From a virus (Duplodnaviria; Heunggongvirae; Uroviricota; Caudoviricetes): a stretch of DNA of 44,087 nucleotides. Below are positions 29,035 through 39,256 of this stretch, one piece after another. Position 1 is the stretch's first letter, and each line of letters begins with the position of its first letter. Made by a program: the position numbers and the translations under genes. The notes below the pieces were generated by a model. That model saw only the letters and a program-made list of their open reading frames with translations, made no database searches and had not been told where the DNA came from. The DNA is taken from positions 1-44,087 of the IMG/VR virus record IMGVR_UViG_2541047944_000002; one strand, written 5' to 3'.

Positions 29035-29410
29035 TGTAACAGATGTGCTTTTTGACCCCGATTTTTGCGACTTCAATTTGTGGGTAACACGCCGTGTGCA
29101 AACGGTGGATGAGGACGGGATCGGCAGCGACAGCGAAGTTAAAAAGCAGTTTGCCGGAGTCGTAACTGTTGATCGCTCTCTGGAAAACCGTCGTATGCAG
29201 GCCGGGCAGGTAATCAGTGGTGCAATTCTGATTGTGACGACTGAGCGACTGACGCAGGGACAGACTGGCCGTGATGCCGATATCGTGACGTATCAGGGCC
29301 GTGATTATCGTGTGACCTTCGTCGACCCGTATACAGCTTATGGGGCCGGATTCGTTCAGGCGCATTGTGAGTTGATGCCGTTTGATGGGGGAACTCCGGT
29401 TGAGCAATAA
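29021..29410 (+). CDS. Head closure / tail completion protein
   Basis: Gene order. Confidence 0.45.
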   Translation: MPTLDVTDVLFDPDFCDFNLWVTRRVQTVDEDGIGSDSEVKKQFAGVVTVDRSLENRRMQAGQVISGAILIVTTERLTQGQTGRDADIVTYQGRDYRVTFVDPYTAYGAGFVQAHCELMPFDGGTPVEQ

Positions 29411-29948
29411 CACCAGTACAGAGCGCGGATGGTTAATACCAACCAGTGGCGATCCGGATTATGACGAAGCGCTCGACAGGCTGTTAAGCCAGTGGATGCG
29501 TAACGTTTCCGGTCTGTCTGCCGGGATGGTTCGCCCGCGCTGGCAGAAAGAGCAGCCGCCACTGCTACCGGTTGAAACGAACTGGTGTGCGTTTGGGGTT
29601 ATCGGATGGTCAGGTGATGACAGTCCGGCATTCACCAGACAGACCGATGATGGCTCTCAGCTCTGGCGGCATGAAACGATTGAGTGTATGGCTTCGTTTT
29701 ATGGACCGGCGGGGATGGTGTATGCGTCCCGGTTTCGTGACGGTATATCAGTGCCGCAGAACAATGCAGCACTGAATGCGCTGGGGCTGTCTCTTGGCGA
29801 TTACACAGGTCTGACTCCCTTCCCTGAACTTATTAATCAGCAATGGGTCCGCCGCTACGATATGACGGTACGCCTGCGCCGGAAGGTTGTGCGCGAGTAC
29901 GGTATTAAATCGCTGGTGGAAGCACCAGTCATCTTTTTCGGAGATTAA
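29385..29948 (+). CDS. Tail completion/neck protein; start uncertain
   Basis: Gene order upstream of sheath. Confidence 0.45.
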   Translation: MGELRLSNNTSTERGWLIPTSGDPDYDEALDRLLSQWMRNVSGLSAGMVRPRWQKEQPPLLPVETNWCAFGVIGWSGDDSPAFTRQTDDGSQLWRHETIECMASFYGPAGMVYASRFRDGISVPQNNAALNALGLSLGDYTGLTPFPELINQQWVRRYDMTVRLRRKVVREYGIKSLVEAPVIFFGD

Positions 29949-29951
29949 GCT

Positions 29952-31097
29952 ATGGCACAGGGCTTGCCTGTATCAAACGTTGTTAATGTTGATGTGATCA
30001 TGTCGCCGCGTGCAGCATCAGGGCGAAATTTTGGTGCATTACTCATTCTCGGCCCGTCCACAATCATTCCGGTAAGTGAGCGCATTCGTCGTTATTCTGC
30101 CGCGGAAGATATTGGAAAAGATTTTGGCGTGGAATCACCAGAATATAAAGCTGCGCAGGTGTTTTTCTCACAATCACCGAAACCTCAGGAGGTTTTTGTT
30201 GGTCGTTGGGTGAAAACGAAGGGAGACAGCGAACAGGCCACGCCTGAGACGCTGGAGCAGGCTGTGAATGCCATGCTTGATTATACTTCATGGTATGGGC
30301 TGGGGATTGCAGACGATGCAGATATTCCGGATGCAGACTGGCTGAAAGTGGCTGCGGCGATCGAATCCTCTTCTGTAAGCCGTATTCTGGCGATTACGAC
30401 AAGCGATGAGAAATGCCTGCAGACTGCATCCAGAGATGATTTGGCATCAAAACTGAAAACCGCCGGATATTCACGCAGTTTTATTCAGTATTCATCGGGT
30501 AATAAATACGCTGCGTTATCTGCATTTGGCCGGGCATTCACGGTTAATTTCAATGGCAGTAATACCGCGATTACGCTCAAGTTTAAGCAGGAGCCGGGTG
30601 TCGGGTATGAAACACTGACAGTCAGCCAGGCATCGGCACTTGATGCAAAAAACTGCAATGTATTTGTGTACTACCAGAATGATACGGCTATCCTCCAGCA
30701 GGGAGTGATGGCTAACGGCGATTTCTTTGATGAACGCCACGGCCTGGACTGGTTACAGAATTATGTGCAGACCAACCTCTATAACCTGCTTTATACCAGC
30801 ACCACGAAAGTTCCCCAGACTGAAGCCGGTATTACCCGACTGTTATCAAATGTTGAAAAATCACTGGATCAGGCCGTTCAGAATGGACTGATTGCTCCGG
30901 GCGTATGGAACGGGGGCGACCTTGGTCAGTTGTCATCAGGTGACACGCTGCCCAAAGGTTATTACGTATACGCCCAGCCGCTGGATGAACAGGCACAATC
31001 AGAACGTGAAGCCCGTAAGGCTCCGGTGATTCAGGCTGCAATAAAACTTGCAGGCGCGGTTCATTACGCTGACGTACAGATTAACGTTGTTCGCTAA
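29952..31097 (+). CDS. Contractile tail sheath protein
   Basis: 381-aa ORF followed by tube, chaperone and tape measure genes (myovirus order). Confidence 0.7.
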   Translation: MAQGLPVSNVVNVDVIMSPRAASGRNFGALLILGPSTIIPVSERIRRYSAAEDIGKDFGVESPEYKAAQVFFSQSPKPQEVFVGRWVKTKGDSEQATPETLEQAVNAMLDYTSWYGLGIADDADIPDADWLKVAAAIESSSVSRILAITTSDEKCLQTASRDDLASKLKTAGYSRSFIQYSSGNKYAALSAFGRAFTVNFNGSNTAITLKFKQEPGVGYETLTVSQASALDAKNCNVFVYYQNDTAILQQGVMANGDFFDERHGLDWLQNYVQTNLYNLLYTSTTKVPQTEAGITRLLSNVEKSLDQAVQNGLIAPGVWNGGDLGQLSSGDTLPKGYYVYAQPLDEQAQSEREARKAPVIQAAIKLAGAVHYADVQINVVR

Positions 31098-31107
31098 GGG
31101 GAAGTGA

Positions 31108-31548
31108 ATGTCTACCTATTCTTTTATGGATGTCACTGCGACGCTGACCGGGCCGACCGGTTCGATTGACCTCGGGTACGGTTCGGCAAGTTCTGAAGAG
31201 GGGATTGTGGTTGCGATGGGCGGTCCTAAAAACACCATGACCATCGGTGCTGATGGTGAAGTGATGCACAGCCTCCATGCAGATAAAAGCGGGACGATTA
31301 CCGTTAACCTTCTGAAGACATCACCGACAAATAAAAAATTGTCGCTGGCGTATAACGCACAGAGCCAGTCTTCTGCCACATGGGGGAATAACGTTATCGT
31401 GATCCGCAACAAAGTCAGCGGCGACATCATCACGGCACGCAGTGTTGCGTTCCAGAAACAACCGGATAACGCCAACGCTAAAACCGGTAATACGATGCCG
31501 TGGGTGTTTGACTGCGGCAAGATTGACCAGGTTCTCGGGGAGTTTTAA
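31108..31548 (+). CDS. Tail tube protein
   Basis: 146-aa ORF immediately after sheath. Confidence 0.65.
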   Translation: MSTYSFMDVTATLTGPTGSIDLGYGSASSEEGIVVAMGGPKNTMTIGADGEVMHSLHADKSGTITVNLLKTSPTNKKLSLAYNAQSQSSATWGNNVIVIRNKVSGDIITARSVAFQKQPDNANAKTGNTMPWVFDCGKIDQVLGEF

Positions 31549-31551
31549 TAC

Positions 31552-32004
31552 ATGGAATTCGAAATCAAAGGCGTGAAATATCGCGTGGCAAAACTCAGCG
31601 TTTTTGACCAGCTGAAAGTGACCCGCAAACTTCTGCCGGTACTGGCGGGAATGATGTCAGATTTCGGGAGCATTCGCTCCCGTTTGCCTGCTGACGGCAA
31701 AATCGACACCGTGAAATTCGAGCAGTTAAAACCGGTGTTTGAAACCATGCTCCCGCGTATCGCTGAGGAACTGTCTTCCCTGACCGAAGATGACACCGAT
31801 GCGATTATTCATCCCTGTCTTGCGGTGGTGTCGCGGCGTCATATGGACGGATGGGTGCCGGTATTTACCCGGGGCGAACTGATGTTTGATGATATTGACC
31901 TGCTGGTCATGCTTCATCTGGTGGCGCGGGTGGTCGCCGATTCGCTGGGAAATTTTTTGCCTACACCCCTTACCAGCACGACGCAGAGCCTGCAACAGGG
32001 CTGA
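31552..32004 (+). CDS. Tail assembly chaperone (short form)
   Basis: Between tube and tape measure; contains slippery heptamer near its 3' end. Confidence 0.55.
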   Translation: MEFEIKGVKYRVAKLSVFDQLKVTRKLLPVLAGMMSDFGSIRSRLPADGKIDTVKFEQLKPVFETMLPRIAEELSSLTEDDTDAIIHPCLAVVSRRHMDGWVPVFTRGELMFDDIDLLVMLHLVARVVADSLGNFLPTPLTSTTQSLQQG

Positions 32005-32192
32005 CGTTTAACAGCCTGCCGGACGGGCTGTCCTACCTTCTCAATCCGGTTGACGCCGGGTTAATTCCTTATACAGCACTTAAAGATGGCTCTGTCGATT
32101 TGTACGACATTGCTCTTTTGAATGACCATCTGGCGGTAAAAGCGGATAACCAGCGGCGCATTGAGAAATGGAGAGAGGATAATGAACGCTGA
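31953..32192 (+). CDS. -1 frameshift extension of tail assembly chaperone
   Basis: T-TTT-TTG heptamer at 31953..31959 in zero frame; -1 frame stays open for 77 codons, exactly spanning the otherwise gene-free 157-bp gap to the tape measure gene. Confidence 0.45.
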   Translation, partial: FFAYTPYQHDAEPATGLTFNSLPDGLSYLLNPVDAGLIPYTALKDGSVDLYDIALLNDHLAVKADNQRRIEKWREDNER

Positions 32193-34188
32193 AACTATTA
32201 AAGATTTCCTCGTCTCGCTTGGCTTCAGTGTGGATGATGCAGGAGCGAAAAAGTTCGGTTCTGTCCTCGCCGGTACAACTGCAAATGTCATCAAAATGGG
32301 GCTGGCTGTTGAAGGAGCTGCGCTGTCCGTGGTGGTCTTCACGGCTAAGATCGCCTCTGGTCTGGATAATCTTTACTGGGCGTCACAGCGCACCGGCGCG
32401 ACAGTCCAGGGAATTCAGTCTATTGGCTATGCGGTTTCGCAGGTTGGCGGCAGTGTGGACGCTGCGCGATCTTCTCTGGAAAGCCTCTCCCGGTTTATTC
32501 GTAACAATCCCGGAGCAGAAGGCTTTCTGAATCGCCTGGGCGTACAGACCCGTGATGCCAGCGGTAACATGCGTGACATGGCTGCTATCTTTACGGGCGT
32601 TGGACAGAAACTCAGCAGCATGCCGTATTACCGGGCTAACCAGTATGCGCAGATGCTGGGCATTGACGAAAATACCCTGATGGCTATGCGTCGCGGAGTG
32701 GGGCAGTTCAGCGCTCAGTATTCAGAAATGGTGAAAGCGATCGGATTTAATGCCGATCAGGCTGCCTTATCGTCAAACCGGTTTATGACCTCGCTGAAAT
32801 CGCTCGGTGAAATGGCCGGGATGGCGCGGGACAAAATCGGATCGAATCTTGCGGACGGACTGGCGGGGCAGATTGATAACCTGCGCAAAAAGATAATTGA
32901 AAATTTTCCCAAAATTGAAGTCACCATCACAAAGGTCATAAAGGGGATCCTCTGGCTGGGTGAGATAGTCGGGCGGGTTGCATTTCGGATAGTCGATGGT
33001 GTCGGAGATATCATCGAGTGGTGGGGGAAACTGGATGCCGAAACGAAAACCCTGATAGAGGTTATCGGCGGTCTGGTTGTCGCCATGCGGATACTTAACT
33101 CTACTTTCTGGATGTCACCTATAGGGCTGATTACTGGTCTGATCGTGGCTCTCGGTCTCTTGTGGGAAGACTACAAAACATGGAAAGAAGGCGGTAACAG
33201 CCTTATCGACTGGGAAAAATGGCAACCGGCAATAGATAAAGCGAAGGATGCGATCACCTGGCTTCGTGATCACCTTCTGGAACTAAAAGATGGTGTTGGC
33301 GGCTGGCAAAATGCACTGGAAATCCTCGGTACATTCATCGCGGGTGTCTGGGTATCCAGGGTTCTGGGGGCTTTCGGAAAAATATCAGGTTTACCGATCC
33401 CACCCTGGCTTAAATTGTGGGCGCTTTACGCGGGCTATATTGTTAGTGACAGAGAAAATATTGCCGATAGCGCAAAATCTTCACTGAGGTATACGAAGCG
33501 AATTATCGGCGACACGCTGGCTGCTATTGGTATAAAAACAGATATCGGACGCAGGGATGTCAGTGAGGTCCGTGAATGGCCTGCGTGGATGGACTGGTTG
33601 CACGGGGGACCCGGTAAAGTTATCCGGCAGGGACAGAGTAACGGTGTAGTGCATGGCTCCAACGTCCAGCCCGACATCCCCGGCGGCGGCACTCTTGCTG
33701 ATCGCAACAATAACCCCGGGAACATTCGCCCGGTGAGCGGTAAAGGGTTCCGGTTTTTCGAATCAGCGCTTGAGGGCTGGGAGGCGATGAAAAACCAGCT
33801 CATGCGTTACTTTACCGGGAAAACAACCGGACGGGCATTACAGACTATTCAGGATATTGTCAGTACCTGGGCCCCGGCAGGTGATAACAACGATCCGAAA
33901 AAGTATGCACAGGATGTTGCGAAATGGATGGGAGTATCACCGAATGCAATATTGAATCTTACAGATCCCCGGACTATGGGAGCATTGATGCAGTCGATGG
34001 CGCGCAAAGAAGGTTATTCAAACTGGAACAGCCCGCTGGCGTATCAGGCCGCCGCTGGCAGCCTTAACCAGCAGACTGTTATAAATGTTCATGGAGTTAA
34101 CAACCCTCAGGAGGCGGCTAATCTGATTGCTGACAAGCAGGGGGCTGTAAATGCCAGGGCGGTACAGCAATTGAAAGGGCCTGCGTGA
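32182..34188 (+). CDS. Tail tape measure protein
   Basis: Long ORF after chaperone; hydrophobic central segments; ATG at 32182. Confidence 0.75.
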   Translation: MNAETIKDFLVSLGFSVDDAGAKKFGSVLAGTTANVIKMGLAVEGAALSVVVFTAKIASGLDNLYWASQRTGATVQGIQSIGYAVSQVGGSVDAARSSLESLSRFIRNNPGAEGFLNRLGVQTRDASGNMRDMAAIFTGVGQKLSSMPYYRANQYAQMLGIDENTLMAMRRGVGQFSAQYSEMVKAIGFNADQAALSSNRFMTSLKSLGEMAGMARDKIGSNLADGLAGQIDNLRKKIIENFPKIEVTITKVIKGILWLGEIVGRVAFRIVDGVGDIIEWWGKLDAETKTLIEVIGGLVVAMRILNSTFWMSPIGLITGLIVALGLLWEDYKTWKEGGNSLIDWEKWQPAIDKAKDAITWLRDHLLELKDGVGGWQNALEILGTFIAGVWVSRVLGAFGKISGLPIPPWLKLWALYAGYIVSDRENIADSAKSSLRYTKRIIGDTLAAIGIKTDIGRRDVSEVREWPAWMDWLHGGPGKVIRQGQSNGVVHGSNVQPDIPGGGTLADRNNNPGNIRPVSGKGFRFFESALEGWEAMKNQLMRYFTGKTTGRALQTIQDIVSTWAPAGDNNDPKKYAQDVAKWMGVSPNAILNLTDPRTMGALMQSMARKEGYSNWNSPLAYQAAAGSLNQQTVINVHGVNNPQEAANLIADKQGAVNARAVQQLKGPA

Positions 34189-34838
34189 TGGACTTTTTAT
34201 CTGTTTTACTGCAGCAGCGAACCCGCTCAATAGGAATCATTATTCCTGATGTGGTTATTACCGAAAAGCACACTGACGCCCTGGAAATTACGGAACATCC
34301 GGTTGAACAGCCCACGAATGCTGGTGCCAGTGGTGAGGGCGCTGGTTACATATCAGAACACGCATTCAGGCGCCCTTCTGAGGTTGTGATGGAAACCGGT
34401 TTTTCCGGAGGCGGATCGCTGCTTGATTTTGCCAGTAACCTGACTGCTACCAGTTTACTGGGGCTGAGCCCGAAAGAACTGTATCAGGAACTGCTTAACC
34501 TGCAGCGGAATCGTATTCCTTTCGATGTGACAACCGGCAAGCGTATTTACAACAATATGTTGATAAAAACGCTGGAGGTCACGACCGATAAGAGTAGTGA
34601 AAATGTGCTTCTGGCGACACTTACCCTCAGGGAAGTAATTATTACCTCCACGCAGTCAGTCAGGGTTGCCCCGAAAAACAATATGACCGAGGGAGTCGGA
34701 ACGTCTGCTGTGCAGAATACAGGCACCAAAACAACGGTGCCGCCGAATAATTCCATTCTGAAATCGCTGCCACAGATGGCGCAAGAAGGTATCTCCACTG
34801 TTGATGGGTATTTGAGCAATTTATTTCTGGGAAGGTGA
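34185..34838 (+). CDS. Tail/baseplate assembly protein
   Basis: Gene order. Confidence 0.45.
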   Translation: MMDFLSVLLQQRTRSIGIIIPDVVITEKHTDALEITEHPVEQPTNAGASGEGAGYISEHAFRRPSEVVMETGFSGGGSLLDFASNLTATSLLGLSPKELYQELLNLQRNRIPFDVTTGKRIYNNMLIKTLEVTTDKSSENVLLATLTLREVIITSTQSVRVAPKNNMTEGVGTSAVQNTGTKTTVPPNNSILKSLPQMAQEGISTVDGYLSNLFLGR

Positions 34839-34841
34839 TTC

Positions 34842-35144
34842 ATGGAAGCCGTAGAAATCCCACTGGTTGCTGACAATCAGACTTTTGCCACCACAATTAA
34901 CGGTTCGGTTTATCACCTGTCTGTCATCTGGCGAGGCGAGTACTGGGTTCTGGATCTTGCTGACAGCAATGGCTCCGCCATTATATCAGGTATACCGATG
35001 ATTACGGGGGCTGACCTGCTGGCACAGTATCGATATATGGATCTGGGTTTTTCTCTGGTGGTGCTCTGCGACGTGGCAGGGCAGGAGAATCCGACGCAAT
35101 TCGATCTTGGAACGCTCTCACACCTCTATGTTTTCACGGAGTAA
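34842..35144 (+). CDS. Tail protein
   Basis: Gene order. Confidence 0.4.
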   Translation: MEAVEIPLVADNQTFATTINGSVYHLSVIWRGEYWVLDLADSNGSAIISGIPMITGADLLAQYRYMDLGFSLVVLCDVAGQENPTQFDLGTLSHLYVFTE

Positions 35145-35146
35145 CA

Positions 35147-36181
35147 ATGTCGAAAAACTGGATGCGTCACTTTGAATTATTGCTTGTTGATGATAAGGGC
35201 GACGGGATAAAAATTTCTGAGCTTAAAGTCACTTTCAATATTCAGAAAATGCCTGCGACCATATTCAATGGATTCGTTGGGAATTTTAAGGTTTATAACC
35301 TGTCCCCTACCACTCAGAACCGGATTATGCAGAAGGAGTTTTCGCGTATACAGGTTATTGCCGGATACAAGGGGCAACCGGATGCAGCAGGTAATTATCC
35401 TGATGAAAACGTTGGTATGATATTCAATGGAGATATCCGTTTTACTGTCACTGGTAAAGATAATGCCACAGACAGTTGGATCATGTTGCAGTGTATTGAC
35501 AGCTGGGAAGGCCATCTGAATGCAAGTGTGAAAACCACAGTGGCAGCTGGCTGGAAGTACAGCGATCTTTTCAGTCTGGGTATGAAATCATTCGAACCAT
35601 ATGGCATCGAATCCGGCGCAGTTCCTGACATGCCGGAAACGGTATTTCCCCGAGGGCGCGTTGTTTATCAAAACACATCAAGGTTGATGAATCATATCGC
35701 AGGGCAGTGTAAAGCTAACTGGTGGTATGAAAATAATCTGGTAAATATTGTTCCTGAAGATAAATATATTGGTGTTGCTACGGTGTTGAATGCTAACACC
35801 GGGCTTATCGGTATGCCACAGCAGACGATGGGAGCTGGCGTAAATGTCAGATGCCTGATTAATCCAAATATTAAGCTCGGTGGGCTTATTCGTCTGGATC
35901 AGGCATCTGTATACCGTGCCTCTTTGAGTAATGACCAGGTAGCGAAATCGCCAGCACGACTGGATGAGTCTGAAAGCGACGGTAATCTCTACGTTAACGG
36001 TCTGCCAGGCATGTCACAGCCTGCCAGCATTAATACTGACGGTGATTACATTGTGGGCAGCATTGATTATACTGGCGACACCCGAGGGCAGGCGTGGTAT
36101 ATGGACCTGCTTTGCCTGGCTAAAGGTGGCAAAGAACTATTGGCAAAAGGCACTTTGGACAAAGTCGGAGATGTAGAGTGA
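35147..36181 (+). CDS. Baseplate hub-like protein (Mu gpP-like position)
   Basis: Gene order. Confidence 0.45.
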   Translation: MSKNWMRHFELLLVDDKGDGIKISELKVTFNIQKMPATIFNGFVGNFKVYNLSPTTQNRIMQKEFSRIQVIAGYKGQPDAAGNYPDENVGMIFNGDIRFTVTGKDNATDSWIMLQCIDSWEGHLNASVKTTVAAGWKYSDLFSLGMKSFEPYGIESGAVPDMPETVFPRGRVVYQNTSRLMNHIAGQCKANWWYENNLVNIVPEDKYIGVATVLNANTGLIGMPQQTMGAGVNVRCLINPNIKLGGLIRLDQASVYRASLSNDQVAKSPARLDESESDGNLYVNGLPGMSQPASINTDGDYIVGSIDYTGDTRGQAWYMDLLCLAKGGKELLAKGTLDKVGDVE

Positions 36182-36513
36182 AAAAAGTATTTTTTTGTTT
36201 ATTCTTGGCCCTGCCGTTAACAGTTTCGGCGGCAACGCAGTGCGGACCATTCCGCTTTGATGCTGGTAATGATGGCCTCATGCACATCAATGGTCAAAAG
36301 CCAGAAACACAAAAAATGACCTTTTTGAAACAAAAAGACGATTTCGATAATGTCATGATGCAATGGATGTTACCTGATCCTAATACTGGACGTTGGTTAG
36401 GTATGGACTACATCAAACGAAACAAAAAAGCGATCCTCAACGTTGAAGTTATCCGCAAAAATATGGACGAGCCTCGGGAGTTCTGGACGTATGATTGCCG
36501 GAAGGTGAAGTGA
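36178..36513 (+). CDS. Secreted hypothetical protein inside tail cluster
   Basis: GTG start overlapping upstream stop (GTGA); signal peptide MKKVFFCLFLALPLTVSA-ATQC; two Cys; no structural role evident. Confidence 0.5.
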   Translation: MKKVFFCLFLALPLTVSAATQCGPFRFDAGNDGLMHINGQKPETQKMTFLKQKDDFDNVMMQWMLPDPNTGRWLGMDYIKRNKKAILNVEVIRKNMDEPREFWTYDCRKVK

Positions 36514-36585
36514 ATTACATTGGCGTCCAGCTTCTGCAGAACAGCATGGATGCGCCGAAAATCATCGGTTCCTTTCCATGCAAAA

Positions 36586-36620
36586 AGATTGTTGATTAAT
36601 CACCCGTAATTATAATGTGA
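36586..36620 (+). promoter_or_regulatory. Sigma70-type promoter TTGTTG-16-TATAAT for the 36653 gene
   Basis: gattgttgattaatcacccgtaattataat: near-consensus -10 with 16-bp spacing, about 30 nt upstream of the ATG. Confidence 0.45.
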
Positions 36621-36652
36621 TACTTCTACTTTCACGATAAGGAATTTGTCGC

Positions 36653-36892
36653 ATGTTCGGATTTGATAAATTAATAACTCCAAAAATCATCAACGTTCTG
36701 TATGGCATCACAATGTTACTTCTGGTTGTTGCCGCCATTATAACGTTTGTTAATGGGAAGGCTGCTGGCGCTTTAGTGCTTTTGTTATGTGCTGTATTTT
36801 GCCGAATATTCTTTGAGTGCATCATGGTTTCATTTAAAAACAATGAGTATCTTCGCCGAATAGCTGAAGCGTTAGAAGCAAACAAGCAGTAA
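36653..36892 (+). CDS. Small two-TM membrane protein inside tail cluster
   Basis: Two hydrophobic helices (ITMLLLVVAAIITFV; ALVLLLCAVFCRIFFECIMV); own promoter and terminator. Confidence 0.55.
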   Translation: MFGFDKLITPKIINVLYGITMLLLVVAAIITFVNGKAAGALVLLLCAVFCRIFFECIMVSFKNNEYLRRIAEALEANKQ

Positions 36893-36910
36893 TGAAACTT
36901 CAATAATGAA

Positions 36911-36932
36911 CCCGCCACCCGGCGGGTTTTTT
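36911..36932 (+). terminator. Intrinsic terminator after the 36653 gene
   Basis: cccgcc-accc-ggcggg followed by tttttt. Confidence 0.6.
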
Positions 36933-36951
36933 ACTTTCTGGAGACATATGA

Positions 36952-37704
36952 ATGCCCGTTTCTTTAAGCGCTCAACTTGGTAGCAAAGAACAGGCCGATG
37001 TAAGACTTGCTGGCTCTGTCATGTCGGCGCTGCGTGTTTCTATGCCCGGCATCGTCCAGTCATTTGATCCGGACACGGTAACAGTGGTTGTTCAACCTGC
37101 GATTAAAGGCTATGAGCCGGACTCAAATGGAATCAACCAGTCGACGACATTACCCCTGCTGGTGGATGTGCCAGTGGTATTTCCGCGCGGCGGAGGCTGT
37201 ACGTTGACTTTTCCGGTAAAAGCCGGTGATGAATGTTTGGTGATTTTTGCCGATCGTTGTATTGATTTCTGGTGGCAGAGCGGCGGGATACAGGAGCCTG
37301 TCGATGACAGAATGCATGATTTATCGGATGCGTTTTGTATTGTCGGTCCCCAGTCGCAGGCAAGGAAGATTAGCGGTATTAATACCAGTGCCACACAGTT
37401 GCGTAGTGATGACGGCAGCACCTATTTTGAGCTTAATCCTGATACCAGGAAAATTAAAATTGTCGCTCCGGGGGGGCTTGATGTGGTTGCCCCCCTGGCT
37501 GATTTTTCTGAGAAAGTAACCATTCATGGCCTGTTAACCTGGATGGGGGGCATGGTGGGGTCTGTTGTTTCTGGTGTGGCTTCAAAAATCACTGGTGCTG
37601 TTGAGTTTTTGGGTAGCGTGAATGCTAACGGCAAGCCAATCGATGATACGCACACTCATGGCGGTGTTCAGTGCGGTGGAAGCAATACCGATGGGGTAAA
37701 CTGA
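36952..37704 (+). CDS. Baseplate spike/assembly protein (P2 gpV / Mu gp45-like)
   Basis: Position and size in the Mu-like baseplate block. Confidence 0.55.
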   Translation: MPVSLSAQLGSKEQADVRLAGSVMSALRVSMPGIVQSFDPDTVTVVVQPAIKGYEPDSNGINQSTTLPLLVDVPVVFPRGGGCTLTFPVKAGDECLVIFADRCIDFWWQSGGIQEPVDDRMHDLSDAFCIVGPQSQARKISGINTSATQLRSDDGSTYFELNPDTRKIKIVAPGGLDVVAPLADFSEKVTIHGLLTWMGGMVGSVVSGVASKITGAVEFLGSVNANGKPIDDTHTHGGVQCGGSNTDGVN

Positions 37705-38057
37705 TGCGATACAGACGTGAAGACGCCGATGGCGATTACACCTTTGGCAGCGGTGATGACACCTGGCTGATTAACTCACCGGAGGCCGTGGCGCAGGCGG
37801 TAAAAACGCGATTCGAATTGTGGTATGGGCAATGGTTTCTCGACACCACCGAGGGGACTCCGTGGATCCAGTCCGTACTCGGTAAGCAGAAGCCGGAAAC
37901 CTACAACCTGGCGATCCGTAAGCGCATCCTCGAAACGCGGGGCGTTAAATCAATCCTCTCTTTCAATACGACGGTGGATACCACGACCCGACGTGTCATG
38001 TTTTCCGCTGAAATCGACACTCTCTATGGAATAACGACTGTTACATCGGAGGCGTAA
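37704..38057 (+). CDS. Baseplate protein (P2 gpW / Mu gp46-like)
   Basis: ATGA-coupled small ORF before the J-like gene. Confidence 0.5.
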   Translation: MRYRREDADGDYTFGSGDDTWLINSPEAVAQAVKTRFELWYGQWFLDTTEGTPWIQSVLGKQKPETYNLAIRKRILETRGVKSILSFNTTVDTTTRRVMFSAEIDTLYGITTVTSEA

Positions 38058-39256
38058 TGGCTCTGAACCTTGATTCTCTCGGTTTATCTGCAAAGGTAAC
38101 CGCGGAGGGGATCAGTGCGCCTGATTATCAGACGATACTCAGCACCCTGATTAGCTATTTTCAGCAGATTTATGGTAGTGATGCCTACCTCGAACCGGAC
38201 AGTAAAGACGGTCAGATGGTGGCTCTGATGGCGCTGGCGATTCATGATGCCAATAATATGGCGATAACTGTCTACAACTGTTTTTCACCAGCAACCGGCT
38301 ATGGGGCCGCACTGACCAGTAACGTGAAAATAAATGGTATTTCACGTAAAGGCGCGACGAATTCTACGGTTGATTTGCTTCTTACAGGAACTGCCGGAAC
38401 AACCATCATTAATGGCAGCGTGAAAGACAGTAATAATGTGATATGGCGTTTGCCTGCTTCAGTGGTGGTCGGCGTGGATGGTACAGTGATGGTGACCGCA
38501 ACATGTTCCGTCAGTGGTGCAGTGGCGGCGCTGGCTGGAACTATCACTGAAATTAATACGCCAACCCGTGGCTGGGTTTCGGTAACCAATCCTGCTGTAG
38601 CTACTGTAGGCACTCCAGCAGAAACTGATGCGGAGTTACGTATCCGCCAGTCGCAAAGTGTTGCGTTGCCATCAATAACCCCATTTGAAGCACTGGATGG
38701 TGCTGTTTCTAATGTTACCGGTGTAACCCGCCACAAACTCTATGAAAACGATACTGGTTCGGAGGACGGTAACGGGTTACCGCCACACTCTGTTGCTGTA
38801 ATTGTGGATGGCGGTGATGTGACGGATATTGCTCAGGCTATCAGAGGGAATAAAGGCCAGGGGACAGCCACTCACGGTACAACATCCGTTATGGTTCCGG
38901 ATAAATACGGCAATCCCCATGTAATCAAGTTCTCGCGTTCCAGTGATGTACCTGTTTATGCCCGGATCAAATTAAAAGTTTTTACGGGTTATACCTCACA
39001 GATAGGGCAGCAGATCCAGCAGGCTATTTCCGACTATATCAATAGTCTGACGATTGGTGATTCGGTCCTTTTAAGTCGCATTTACTCACCGGCGAATCTT
39101 GGCGTGGTGAGTGGCGGGAATGCACGCTATTACGATATTCAGGAACTGACGATTGGGAAATCCCCGGGGGCTTTGTCGTCATCAAACATTGATATCAGAT
39201 ACAACGAATCTGCGTCCTGTACCCCGGAAAATATCGTTATAACGGTGGAGTCATGA
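38057..39256 (+). CDS. Baseplate J-like protein (Mu gp47-like)
   Basis: 399-aa ORF in canonical order. Confidence 0.6.
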   Translation: MALNLDSLGLSAKVTAEGISAPDYQTILSTLISYFQQIYGSDAYLEPDSKDGQMVALMALAIHDANNMAITVYNCFSPATGYGAALTSNVKINGISRKGATNSTVDLLLTGTAGTTIINGSVKDSNNVIWRLPASVVVGVDGTVMVTATCSVSGAVAALAGTITEINTPTRGWVSVTNPAVATVGTPAETDAELRIRQSQSVALPSITPFEALDGAVSNVTGVTRHKLYENDTGSEDGNGLPPHSVAVIVDGGDVTDIAQAIRGNKGQGTATHGTTSVMVPDKYGNPHVIKFSRSSDVPVYARIKLKVFTGYTSQIGQQIQQAISDYINSLTIGDSVLLSRIYSPANLGVVSGGNARYYDIQELTIGKSPGALSSSNIDIRYNESASCTPENIVITVES

